64,000 nucleotides of DNA, from NCBI GenBank assembly GCA_034520945.1, contig JAXHNB010000006.1, positions 832,001 through 896,000 of the forward strand, given 5' to 3'. Shown here piece after piece: positions 1-11,247 of the stretch. The notes beneath the pieces are model-generated. The model did no database searches, was not told the origin of the DNA, and saw only the letters and a program-made list of their open reading frames with translations. How positions within the stretch are numbered: the first letter of the stretch is position 1; each line of letters begins with the position of its first letter. Origin of the DNA: Trueperaceae bacterium. Lineage in GTDB: Bacteria > Deinococcota > Deinococci > Deinococcales > Trueperaceae. Made by a program: the position numbers and the translations under genes.

Positions 1-2
1 TG

Positions 3-1496
3 GCGGTACGTGGGGGCCGGATTCTGGCGGTCGGCGGCCACGACGAGGTCCTGGCCGCCGCAGGGCGGGACGCTGAACGCGTGGACCTCGCCGGCCGGAC
101 GCTGCTCCCGGGGTTCCACGACGCGCACGTGCACCTCACCATGCACGGCTTCTCGCTGACGCAGGTGCCGCTGGGGGGCACCCGGAGCCTGGCGGAGGCG
201 GTGGCACGCGTCCGCGCCCGCGCGGCGGAGCTTCCTCTTGGTCGATGGATCGTGGGCAACGGCTTCGCGCTGCAACGGTGGGGCACGCGGTCCCCCGACC
301 GGGCGGCGCTGGACGAGGCCGCGCCCGACCATCCCGTGCTGCTACGCTCGCAGGATCACCACAGTGGGCTGGCCAACGCCCGGGCGCTGCAGGAGGCGAC
401 GGTGGGGGCCGACACGCCCGACCCCGCGGGCGGCACCTTCGAACGGCGAGCCGACGGCACGCCCAGCGGGCTCCTCCTGGAACGGGCGGTCGACCGTGTC
501 GCCGGCGCCATGCCCGAGCCCATGCCCGCCGCGTTCGAGGAGGCCTTGCGGGCGGGCGGTCGGCACCTGGCCTCGCTCGGCGTCACCACCGTGCACCACA
601 TGGCGTACGAACCGGCCAGCCACTGGCGGGCGCTGGCGGCGCTCGCCAGCTGCGAGGACTTCCCCGTGCGGGTGTGGGCCTGCCTCCCGCAGGAACGCAT
701 CGAGGAGGCCCGCGCGATCGGCGTGGCCACGGGGCAGGGCGGACGTCGCTTCACGGTCGGGGGGGCGAAGTTCTTCGTCGACGGGGCCCTGGGCAGCCTG
801 TCCGCCTGGATGGATGCCCCCTACGGCGGCACCGATTCGACGGGCATCATCTTGGACGGTCCGGAGGCGCTACGTGAACGCGTTCCGTTGGCGATCCGGG
901 CGGGGCTGACGCCGGTCGCGCATGCGATCGGGGACGCCGCCGTCGGCGCCTTGGTCGACGTGCTGGACGATACGGCCGCCCTCTGGCGCGCAGCGGGGTT
1001 GCGTCCGAGGATCGAGCACGCCCAGCACGTACGCTTAGGCGACGTCGCGCGCATCGGGCGCCTCGGCCTGGTGGCGTCGATGCAGCCCCTCCACCTGACC
1101 TTCGACGCGCCCACCATCCGGGAACGGTTGGCCGATCGCGAGGACCGCGCCTACCCGGTGCGCGGTCTCCTGGATGCCGGGGCGCGCGTGGCGTTCGGGA
1201 GCGACACGCCGGTCGCGCCCCCCGACGTGATCGACTCCTTGCGGGCCGCCGTGACGCGCCGTGGCATGCACGACCTGGTGATCGCACCGCAGCACGCCGT
1301 CACGCCCGAGGAGGCGGTTTGGGCGTACACGCGAGGCGCCGCCGCCGCGATCCAGCGCGAGGGCACGTCGGGGGTGCTCAGACGCGGGGCGGACGCCGAC
1401 CTGGTGGCGATGACGGCCGACCCCACCCGCGCGTTGCCGGACGATCTCGCGGTGGGGTTCACCGCGGTGGGGGGCCGGTTCACCTACCGCGCCTGA
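3..1496 (+). CDS. Metal-dependent amidohydrolase (YtcJ-like, amidohydrolase_3); 5' end cut by the window edge
   Basis: Motifs LPGFHDAHVH, KFFVDG, HAIGD, RIEHAQ, FGSD and G-x-x-ADLV; the frame stays open upstream of 81 to the edge (AVRGGRILAVGG...). Confidence 0.88.
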   Translation, partial: AVRGGRILAVGGHDEVLAAAGRDAERVDLAGRTLLPGFHDAHVHLTMHGFSLTQVPLGGTRSLAEAVARVRARAAELPLGRWIVGNGFALQRWGTRSPDRAALDEAAPDHPVLLRSQDHHSGLANARALQEATVGADTPDPAGGTFERRADGTPSGLLLERAVDRVAGAMPEPMPAAFEEALRAGGRHLASLGVTTVHHMAYEPASHWRALAALASCEDFPVRVWACLPQERIEEARAIGVATGQGGRRFTVGGAKFFVDGALGSLSAWMDAPYGGTDSTGIILDGPEALRERVPLAIRAGLTPVAHAIGDAAVGALVDVLDDTAALWRAAGLRPRIEHAQHVRLGDVARIGRLGLVASMQPLHLTFDAPTIRERLADREDRAYPVRGLLDAGARVAFGSDTPVAPPDVIDSLRAAVTRRGMHDLVIAPQHAVTPEEAVWAYTRGAAAAIQREGTSGVLRRGADADLVAMTADPTRALPDDLAVGFTAVGGRFTYRA

Positions 1497-1518
1497 GCCC
1501 GGCGGCCCCGGCCCGGCC

Positions 1519-2208
1519 TCACGCGCCCACGCGCAGTTCGGGCACGCGGCCGCCCGGCCGGCGTCCGCTCAGGAACCATGCCGCCTCGGCCAGCGCGCCG
1601 GGATCGATCCAGCTGCTCGGGTCCGCGTTCGGCATCGCCTCGCGATTGCCGGGCGTGTCGACGACGCCGCCGGGGATCAGCAGGGACACGGACAGGCCCT
1701 TCGGCTCCAACTCGGCGCGGACCGAGCGCAGGTACCCCTCCAGCGCGGCCTTGGCGGCGGCGTAGCCGACCAGGCGCGCCCCGCCGGTGGCGGCCACGCC
1801 GGCGGAGGTGCCCAGGACGGCGCCGGCGCCGCGATCCAGCATGCCGGGCAGGACGGCCGTGGTCATGTTCACGGCGGTGCGGAGGTTCAGGTCGAGCTGG
1901 TCGTCGAGCTGCGCCGGTTCGAACGATACCGCCTCGTGCATGGCGAACCCTCCGGCCATGTTGACCAAGGCGTCCACCTGGCCGAACGTCTGCTCCGCGC
2001 GCGCAGCGACCTCGCGGCAGGCGGCGGGATCTCGCAGGTCGGCCGTCACCACCTCGTCCTCCGGGAACGCCTGGCGTAGCGCACCAGGGTCGGCGCGGAC
2101 GGGAAGCACCAGCCGGCAGCCGCGGGCGCGGAAGGCGTCGGCCACCACCCGGCCGATGTCGCCGCTGGCGCCGGTCACGATGGCGGTTCGGGGAAACGGG
2201 TCGGACAT
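1519..2208 (-). CDS. Short-chain dehydrogenase/reductase (SDR)
   Basis: TGASGDIG, NMAG and YAAAK motifs; ATG at 2208 follows a GGAGG SD. Confidence 0.9.
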   Translation of the reverse strand: MSDPFPRTAIVTGASGDIGRVVADAFRARGCRLVLPVRADPGALRQAFPEDEVVTADLRDPAACREVAARAEQTFGQVDALVNMAGGFAMHEAVSFEPAQLDDQLDLNLRTAVNMTTAVLPGMLDRGAGAVLGTSAGVAATGGARLVGYAAAKAALEGYLRSVRAELEPKGLSVSLLIPGGVVDTPGNREAMPNADPSSWIDPGALAEAAWFLSGRRPGGRVPELRVGA

Positions 2209-2297
2209 GGGGCCTCCTCTTCCTTCGACGGCGGCGCCACGCAGTGTGGTCACGCCTCGAACGGCTCAGCGTACCGCCCGTGCGCTATGATTCGGGC

Positions 2298-3551
2298 ATG
2301 ACCCAAGCCGTCCAGGACGTCGACCTTTCGAACACGTTGGCTCGCGCACGAGAGGCGCAGGCGCACCTGGCGGACGGCCCGCGGGACGCGGGGCTGTCAC
2401 GGATCGCCGCCGCGTTGCGCGACGCCCGCGACGAGATCCTCCGCGCCAACGCGTCGGACGTCGCGGCGGAGCGGCGTCGCGGCACGCCCGAGGCGCGGAT
2501 CGACCGTCTGCAGCTGGACGCCGAACGGGTCGAGGGGATCGCCCGCGCCTGCGAGCAGGTGGCGGCCCTGCCCGATCCGCTGCACCGCGTGCGGGCTGGC
2601 TGGCGCCTCGACGCCGGTCCCGACGTGCGTGAGGTGACGGTGCCGTTCGGCGTGATCGGCATCGTGTACGAGTCGCGGCCCAACGTCACCGTCGATGCGG
2701 CCAGCTTGGCGTTGAAGGCGGGAAGCGCCTGTGTGCTTCGCGGAAGCGCGTCGGCGCTGGCCAGCAACCGGGCGTTGGTGGACGCGATGCGTCGCGGCCT
2801 AGACGCCGCCGGGCTGCCGCAAGACGCGGTGCAGTTGATCGACAGCCCCGACCGGGAACTGGTGGGGACGCTGCTGGCGGCGCGGGGCCAGGTCGACCTG
2901 GTGATCCCGCGCGGCGGGGCGTCGTTGATCGACTACGTGACGCGGACGGCGCAGGTCCCGGTGATCGAGACGGGGGTCGGCAACTGCCACGTCTACGTGC
3001 ACGAGGCGGCCGATTTGGACAAGGCGTTGCGGATCGCCCACAACGCCAAGGTGCAGCGTCCGGGGGTGTGCAACGCCGCGGAGACGCTTCTGGTGGACGA
3101 GGCCGTGGCGGCGTCGTTCCTGCCGCGGCTGCTGCCCGCCCTGCAGGCCGACGGGGTCGAGGTTCGCGGCTGTGCGCGCACGCGCGCCCTGGTCGACGTC
3201 GCGGAAGCGACGGACGAGGACTGGGACGAGGAGTTCCTCGACCTTGTGCTGGCGGTGCGCGTCGTCGGCGGCATGGAGGACGCGCTGGCGCACGTGGCGC
3301 GCCACGGGACCGGGCACAGCGAGGCGATCGTGACGCAGGACCGGGCGGCGGCACGGCGCTTTCAGGCGCGCGTGGACGCTGCGGCGGTGTACGTCAACGC
3401 CTCGACGCGCTTCACCGATGGGTTCGTGTTCGGCTTTGGGGCGGAAATCGGCATCAGTACGCAAAAGTTGCATGCGCGTGGGCCGATGGGGTTGGCGCAG
3501 TTGGTGACGACGAAGTACCTGGTCGACGGCGACGGAGAGATCCGCGACTGA
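2298..3551 (+). CDS. proA: Gamma-glutamyl phosphate reductase
   Basis: YESRPNVT, IPRGG, CNAAETLL, VNASTRF and GAEIGISTQKLHARGPMG; TATGAT 6 nt before the ATG. Confidence 0.97.
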   Translation: MTQAVQDVDLSNTLARAREAQAHLADGPRDAGLSRIAAALRDARDEILRANASDVAAERRRGTPEARIDRLQLDAERVEGIARACEQVAALPDPLHRVRAGWRLDAGPDVREVTVPFGVIGIVYESRPNVTVDAASLALKAGSACVLRGSASALASNRALVDAMRRGLDAAGLPQDAVQLIDSPDRELVGTLLAARGQVDLVIPRGGASLIDYVTRTAQVPVIETGVGNCHVYVHEAADLDKALRIAHNAKVQRPGVCNAAETLLVDEAVAASFLPRLLPALQADGVEVRGCARTRALVDVAEATDEDWDEEFLDLVLAVRVVGGMEDALAHVARHGTGHSEAIVTQDRAAARRFQARVDAAAVYVNASTRFTDGFVFGFGAEIGISTQKLHARGPMGLAQLVTTKYLVDGDGEIRD

Positions 3552-3620
3552 CGCCGCGGCACCCTCGATCGGAGTGGGGGTACGCGCGGCATTCGTCCCC
3601 TCCTGGACGGGATTCGTGGT

Positions 3621-3650
3621 TTGACGCAGGGGGCGCCGGCGGGGTATGAT
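3621..3650 (+). promoter_or_regulatory. Sigma70-type promoter of gyrB
   Basis: TTGACG (3621-3626), 18-nt spacer, TATGAT (3645-3650). Confidence 0.7.
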
Positions 3651-3719
3651 GACGGGGTTCGCGGGCGGCCTGCAGGGCCCGCCCGCCCCCGCTCGTCACG
3701 ACACCACGGTTCGACGTAG

Positions 3720-5708
<1,989 letters not shown>

Positions 5709-5748
5709 CGCAAGGCGGGAACGGCCGCCGTCGGTGGGTGGCGGGCCC

Positions 5749-6714
5749 CTACGGGCGCCGCGCCAGCTGCGGCGCGTCCCGCCCCTCCAGCACCGCGACC
5801 ACGGCGTCTGCCGCGACGCGCGCCATCTCGGTCCGAACGTCCACGGTCGCCGACCCGAGGTGCGGCGTCAGGACCGCGTTCGGCAGGTCGGTCAAGCCCG
5901 GATGGATCGACGGCTCGTGCTCGAAGACGTCCAGGCCGGCCCCCCGTAGCCGGCCGGCCTGCAATGCCTCGACCAGGGCCGCTTCGTCGACGATCTCGCC
6001 CCGCGCGGTGTTGATCAGGATCGCGCTTCGCTTCATGCGTGCCAAGGCCGCGCCGTCGATCATGTGACGCGTGTCGTCGGTCAACGGGCAGTGCAGACTG
6101 ACGACGTCGGAGGCGCCCAGCAAGGCGTCGATCTCCAGGCGGCGGGCGCCCAGCACGTCCTCGGCGCGTGGCGCGTCCGACCGGCCCGCGTACACGATCT
6201 CCATGCCGAAGGCACGCGCCCGGCGTGCCGTCGCTTCGCCGATCCGGCCCAGCCCGATCACGCCGAACGTGCGCCCGTGCAGCGACGTGCCCAACAGTTG
6301 CAGGGGCTGCCAGCCGGTCCAACGGTCGGAGGACGCCAGGCGATGCCCCTCCACTACCCGCCGCGCGACCGCCAACAGGAGGGCGAACGCCAGGTCCGCC
6401 GTCGCCTCGGTCAACACGCCGGGGGTGTGCGCCACGGCCACGCCCCGGCGCGTACAGGCGTCCAGGTCGACATTGTCCAGGCCCACCGCGTAGTTGGCCA
6501 CCACCTGCAGCTGTGGCCCCGCGGCGTCCAGGAACGCGTCGTCGACGCGGTCGGACAGGAGCGTAATCACCGCGTCGGCCCCCGCCACCAGCGCCAGCAA
6601 CTCGCCGCGCGACGGGGCCTCGTCGGCGTCGTGCACCTCGCAGCGGTACCCGGCCGAGCGGAGCGGCTCCAGGCCGCCCTCCGGCAGTCGGCGCGTGATC
6701 GCGACGTGGGGCAT
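5749..6714 (-). CDS. D-2-hydroxyacid dehydrogenase (glyoxylate reductase/D-glycerate dehydrogenase family)
   Basis: GLGRIG, INTARG, LDVFEHEP and TPHLGS motifs. Confidence 0.92.
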   Translation of the reverse strand: MPHVAITRRLPEGGLEPLRSAGYRCEVHDADEAPSRGELLALVAGADAVITLLSDRVDDAFLDAAGPQLQVVANYAVGLDNVDLDACTRRGVAVAHTPGVLTEATADLAFALLLAVARRVVEGHRLASSDRWTGWQPLQLLGTSLHGRTFGVIGLGRIGEATARRARAFGMEIVYAGRSDAPRAEDVLGARRLEIDALLGASDVVSLHCPLTDDTRHMIDGAALARMKRSAILINTARGEIVDEAALVEALQAGRLRGAGLDVFEHEPSIHPGLTDLPNAVLTPHLGSATVDVRTEMARVAADAVVAVLEGRDAPQLARRP

Positions 6715-6715
6715 C

Positions 6716-7477
6716 CTAGTCGAGCTCGGGCCGGAGCTCCAGCACCTCCGTGGGGGCCAGCCCCTCCTCGGCGGCCGCCGCTACCTCGTCGGCGCGGATC
6801 GGCTCGAATTCGCCAGGAAGCTCGGCCTCGTTGCCCCAGTCGGTCAGCACGTGGTTCAGCACGGCCGCGATCTCGGCGTCGGAAAGCTGCTGCCAGCTCG
6901 GCATCAGCCCGGCGTAGGTTTGGCCTTGCACCTCGATGGAGCCCTGGACCCCGAACACGACCGCACGAATCAGGTAGGCGCGCCCACCGTCAGCGGCCAG
7001 CACCTCGGGGGCGTGCCCGTTCGCCAGCGGCGGAAAGGCGCCGGGCACGCCAGCACCGGAAGCCTGATGGCAGGCCGCGCAGTTGGCGGCGTAGACCGCC
7101 GCGCCGTCCGCCTCGGACGCGTCCGCGGCGGGCCCGTCCTCTCCCTCTTCAGCGTCGGCGGCCGCGCCGTCCAGCTCCGTGCCGACGTGGGTGAGTTCGA
7201 GGTCCACACCCCGTTCGGCGACGAGATCGATGGCGTGATCGATGTCGATGCGGGCACGCGTGTCGCCGACGACCTCGTACCCGTCCAGCTTTTCAGCGGC
7301 GGCGGTGACGGTGTCGCGATGCTGCTGGTCGGCGGCGGGCCGTAGGGCCCCTTGAGGTCGCGACGTGGCGAGGACCAGCAGCAGCACCAGCAGGCCGACC
7401 ATGCCGATCGCGCTGGCCGCGAAGGCGAAACGAACCTGCGCCGTGGTGAACAGAGCGCTGTCATTGCGGTCAGGCAT
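6716..7477 (-). CDS. Membrane-anchored monoheme cytochrome c: ActG-like N-terminus, acidic linker, c552-like domain
   Basis: One TM helix; GYEVV..RARIDIDHAIDLVAERG segment; CAACH; GAFPPL and G-x-MP motifs; last gene of the act operon. Confidence 0.8.
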   Translation of the reverse strand: MPDRNDSALFTTAQVRFAFAASAIGMVGLLVLLLVLATSRPQGALRPAADQQHRDTVTAAAEKLDGYEVVGDTRARIDIDHAIDLVAERGVDLELTHVGTELDGAAADAEEGEDGPAADASEADGAAVYAANCAACHQASGAGVPGAFPPLANGHAPEVLAADGGRAYLIRAVVFGVQGSIEVQGQTYAGLMPSWQQLSDAEIAAVLNHVLTDWGNEAELPGEFEPIRADEVAAAAEEGLAPTEVLELRPELD

Positions 7478-8630
7478 GCGGGTCGGCCCCCTTCAAGCGC
7501 GGATCGTTGTGCGGAAGGACCGGGTTGGCGCCGAGTCGGCGGAAATAGAAGAACAACCACACTCCGCCGATCCCGAGCAGGAGCAGTACGTCTGGCACGG
7601 TGAGCTGCGTCCCCGCCCGTTCGTAGGTGGGGACCACGAACCAGATCAGGTTGATCAGCTGCATCAGGATGGCCCACGCGGCCACGGCGGCCAGGGCCGT
7701 GCGCTTGCGCTTGACCCAGCGCGAGAACAGCACCAGGAACGGCGCGAGGAAGCCGAACAGGAGCAGGAAGCCTGCGACGCTCGCCCAGGCCGGATCGAAC
7801 CGCACCACGTACCACGGGTTGGTCTCGATGACGTTGCCGGACCAGATGATGATCAGCTGCGAGAACGACACGTACGCCCAGAACAACACGAACGCCATCA
7901 GGTAGTTGCCCAGGTCCTGCAGGCGCTTGGCGGTCAGGAGCCCGTCGATCGTTTCGCTGCGGCCGGCCAGGAGCACCATCACCAGGATCACGAAGGCGAT
8001 CGCGGTGATGGCCTGGGACGCCATCAGGATGACGCTGTAGATGCCCGACCACCACAGCGGCGTCAGCGACATGGCCCAGTCCACGCCCGCGAAGGTCATG
8101 GTCACGATGTAGAGGACCACCCACGGGCCGCTCATGTGCTTCAACCGGTACCCGATGCGGGCGCTCTGATCCGCGTCGCGGTCCTGGCGAGCCGAGCCAC
8201 GCAGGTACCACCAGGCAGCCAGGATCCAGAGTCCGAAGTACACCGCGGCGCGCACCACGAAGAACGTCGTGTTCAGGTACGCCGACTTCGCATCCAGCAA
8301 GGGACTGTCCGCCACCACCTGCGCGTCCGTCCAGACGTACAGCACGTTCATGCCGAACAGGACCGGCAGGAACGCCAGCGCCATCACGGGCATGAGCGAG
8401 ACCCCGGCCTCCAGCGGGCGCTGAATCACGGCGGCCCAGGAGCCGCCCGCCAGGTGCCCGACGACCAACAGGATCAGGCACCCGAGACTGAGGCCGACCC
8501 AGAACAGGTAGGAGAGTAGGTACGACTCGTAGAAACCGCTGCCGAGGCCGGTCAGGACGCCGCCGATCAGGCCGACCGCGCCGAGCAGCAGGGCCACGGT
8601 CGGGCCGCGCCGGAAGTGCACGCGTTCCAT
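7470..8630 (-). CDS. actF: Alternative complex III subunit ActF
   Basis: About 10 TM helices; RPLEA, DWAMSL..WWS, DLGNY..F..FWAY..FSQ..IIW.GN; operon position. Confidence 0.9.
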   Translation of the reverse strand: MERVHFRRGPTVALLLGAVGLIGGVLTGLGSGFYESYLLSYLFWVGLSLGCLILLVVGHLAGGSWAAVIQRPLEAGVSLMPVMALAFLPVLFGMNVLYVWTDAQVVADSPLLDAKSAYLNTTFFVVRAAVYFGLWILAAWWYLRGSARQDRDADQSARIGYRLKHMSGPWVVLYIVTMTFAGVDWAMSLTPLWWSGIYSVILMASQAITAIAFVILVMVLLAGRSETIDGLLTAKRLQDLGNYLMAFVLFWAYVSFSQLIIIWSGNVIETNPWYVVRFDPAWASVAGFLLLFGFLAPFLVLFSRWVKRKRTALAAVAAWAILMQLINLIWFVVPTYERAGTQLTVPDVLLLLGIGGVWLFFYFRRLGANPVLPHNDPRLKGADPHA

Positions 8631-9244
8631 CACCGCACCGCCCCTTCGGCGTCCAGGACCGTGTCTAGCACGTCGTTCGGCACGTCGTCGAGGGTGGCGT
8701 TCTGGCTCAGTTGCAACGCCTTGACGTAACCAGCGATCGCCCAGCGGTCCTCGACGGGCACCCGCGAGGCGTAGGAGTACATACGGCCGAACCCGTTGGT
8801 GATGGCGTTGAAGTAGTACCCTACCGGGGCGTCCAACAAACGCTGCTCATGGAACGACGTCGGCTGGGGGAAGCCCCGCTGGACGATCATGCCGTCACCT
8901 TCGCCGCTGTAGCCGTGGCAGGGGGCGCAGTAGATGTTGTAGCGTTCCTGCCCGCGGCGCAGCAGGTCGGCCGACACCTCGACGGGCAGCTCGCTCACCG
9001 CGCCCTGGTCGTCCTGGCCGGTGAGGTAGACGGGGTCGAGCCCACCTCGCTCCCGGGAAATGGTGCCGCCGGGAAGCGGGCGTGCCGCCGCCCCGTCCTC
9101 GAAGAACGCGCTGCGCTCGAACGTGTCGGCGCGGGGATTGTCGTACATGTTGCGCCCGCAGGCGGTGAGGGTCAGCACCAGGGCCAACAGCGCCAGGGGC
9201 CAGAGCCTGCGCTTGGGGTGAGGGGTCGCGAACGGGGTCGTCAC
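8630..9244 (-). CDS. actE: Alternative complex III monoheme cytochrome c lipoprotein ActE
   Basis: Lipobox LTAC, RGQERYNIYCAPCHG, G-x-M, DRWAI. Confidence 0.92.
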   Translation of the reverse strand: MTTPFATPHPKRRLWPLALLALVLTLTACGRNMYDNPRADTFERSAFFEDGAAARPLPGGTISRERGGLDPVYLTGQDDQGAVSELPVEVSADLLRRGQERYNIYCAPCHGYSGEGDGMIVQRGFPQPTSFHEQRLLDAPVGYYFNAITNGFGRMYSYASRVPVEDRWAIAGYVKALQLSQNATLDDVPNDVLDTVLDAEGAVR

Positions 9245-9817
9245 TTAGCGCTCCACTCCCGACACACGTACGGGGCCGAGCCCCTCCAGGAACGTGCGGG
9301 TCGATGCCTCATCGAAGCGGGGGTCGCGGGCCTCGATGCAGAGGAAGAACCGGTCCCGCGTCGCCGCCTCGAAGTTGGGCGTGTTGAAGATCGGATGGTA
9401 GGGGCGGGGCAGCCCGTTGCGGCCCAGCATGAACAGCCCCGCCGTGAACGCGGACAGCAGCACCGTGCACTCGAAGGTGATCACGATGAACTGAGGCCAG
9501 GCGTTGAGGGGGGTGCCGCCGATGTTGAGCGGATAGAAGATCGCGTTCGAGTACCACTGCATGAAGAACCCGCCGACGGCGCCGGCGATGCCGGCGGCCA
9601 GCACGACCCAGCCGAGCCTCGTCGGTTTCATGCCGAGCTTCTCGTCCAGCCCTTCCACCGGGTACGGCGTGTACGCGTCCATGGTCTGGTAGCCGACCTC
9701 GCGGGCCCTGTCCGCAGCCGTCTCGAGCGCCTCGACCTCCGCGAACTCGGCCACCAGCCCGTAGAGGTCGCCGTTCGCTTCGGTGCTCGTCGTGTGCGCA
9801 GCGTTTGCGTTGCTCAC
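9245..9817 (-). CDS. actD: Alternative complex III subunit ActD (DUF3341)
   Basis: GLVAEF, DAYTPYPVEGLD, YPLNIGG.P, FE.TVL, RDRFFL; GTG start overlaps the actC stop. Confidence 0.92.
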   Translation of the reverse strand: MSNANAAHTTSTEANGDLYGLVAEFAEVEALETAADRAREVGYQTMDAYTPYPVEGLDEKLGMKPTRLGWVVLAAGIAGAVGGFFMQWYSNAIFYPLNIGGTPLNAWPQFIVITFECTVLLSAFTAGLFMLGRNGLPRPYHPIFNTPNFEAATRDRFFLCIEARDPRFDEASTRTFLEGLGPVRVSGVER

Positions 9818-11247
9818 GTGCGTGCCTCCTCGGCGAAGTAGTCCTGCCGGACCGTTTCGTACGGGTCGGAGCCGTGGTGCGCGTCGTGATGCGCCAGCTC
9901 CTTCATCTCCGAGGTCGCGATGGAGGGGAGCAGGCGGATGAACAGGAAGAACAACGTCAGGAACAGGCCGAACGAACCGATGTACAGGCTCCAGTCCCAG
10001 AAGGTGCTGACGTAGTCGCCCCAGCTGGACGGCAGAAAGTCCTTCGTCAACGTCACCGCGACGATCACGAACCGCTCCAGCCACATGCCGATCGAAACGA
10101 TGATGCTGATCGCGAACAACGCCAACGGGCTCTGGCGGACGCGCCGGAACCACAACGGTTGGATCGCCACGAAGTTGCAGGCGATCAGCAGCCAGAACGC
10201 CCAGCCGTGATCCGCGCCGAGCACGCGGTTGTAGGCCATGAAGCGCTCGAACTCGACCCCCGAGTACCAGGCGTTGAAGATCTCGATCACGTAGCCGTAC
10301 ACCACGATCATGCCGGTCGCCAGCATCAGCTTGGCACTGTTGTCCAGGTGCCGCATCGTGATCAGGTTCTCCAGCCCGAAGGCACGACGCAACGGCACCG
10401 CCAGCAACAGCACCATGGCGAAGCCGGCGAACACGGCGCCCGCCACGAAGTAGGGCGGCATCACGGTGTTGTTCCAGCCCGGAAGCTGGCTCACGGCGAA
10501 GTCCATGGCGATCGTGGAGTGCACCGACAGCACCAGCGGGAACGACAGCGCGGCCAACAGCAGGTAGGCGCGCTGGTAGCGCTGCCAAGCTTTGGCGGAG
10601 CCGTTCCAGCCGAGGCACAGCGTTCCGTACAACAACTTCTGGAAGCGGGTCCGGCTCTGATCACGCAACGTGGCGAGGTCCGGCACCAGCCCGATGTACC
10701 AGAACAGGATCGACACCGAGGCGTAGGTGCCGATCGCGAACAGGTCCCAATCCAGGGGGCTGCGGAACTGGGGCCACAAGCCCATGGTGTTGGGGTAGGG
10801 AAGAAGCCAGTAGAACACCCACGGACGGCCCAGGTGCAGAATGGGGTACAGCCCCGCGCACACCACGGCGAAGATCGTCATCGCCTCCGCGAAGCGGTTG
10901 ATCGAGGTTCGCCACGGCTGCCGGAACAGCAACAGCGCCGCCGAGATCAATGTCCCGGCGTGCCCAATGCCGATCCACCACACGAAGTTGATGATCGGCA
11001 TCCCCCAGGCGACGGGCATGTTGTTGCCCCACACGCCGGTGCCGCGGGTAATCAGCACCACGATCGATACCAGGTACAGGCCCAGCAGCGCCAGCGAGAT
11101 GCCGAAGCCGATCCACCACCAGCGGGGCGTCCGCCCGAGGCCGATCAGGACCGGCGCGTTGACCGAATCGTCGATCCGCCCCGCGTCCTGCGCGGGCCCG
11201 ATGACGCGCTGCGTCTCGCCGGGGGCTCGCCCTCCACGGACCGCCAT
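9814..11247 (-). CDS. actC: Alternative complex III quinol-oxidising subunit ActC (NrfD/PsrC family)
   Basis: FVWWIGIGHAGTLISA, WRTSINR.AEAMT, HLGRPW, PQFRSPL.WD, SVHS, PPYFVAGA; TGATG overlap with actB. Confidence 0.95.
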   Translation of the reverse strand: MAVRGGRAPGETQRVIGPAQDAGRIDDSVNAPVLIGLGRTPRWWWIGFGISLALLGLYLVSIVVLITRGTGVWGNNMPVAWGMPIINFVWWIGIGHAGTLISAALLLFRQPWRTSINRFAEAMTIFAVVCAGLYPILHLGRPWVFYWLLPYPNTMGLWPQFRSPLDWDLFAIGTYASVSILFWYIGLVPDLATLRDQSRTRFQKLLYGTLCLGWNGSAKAWQRYQRAYLLLAALSFPLVLSVHSTIAMDFAVSQLPGWNNTVMPPYFVAGAVFAGFAMVLLLAVPLRRAFGLENLITMRHLDNSAKLMLATGMIVVYGYVIEIFNAWYSGVEFERFMAYNRVLGADHGWAFWLLIACNFVAIQPLWFRRVRQSPLALFAISIIVSIGMWLERFVIVAVTLTKDFLPSSWGDYVSTFWDWSLYIGSFGLFLTLFFLFIRLLPSIATSEMKELAHHDAHHGSDPYETVRQDYFAEEART

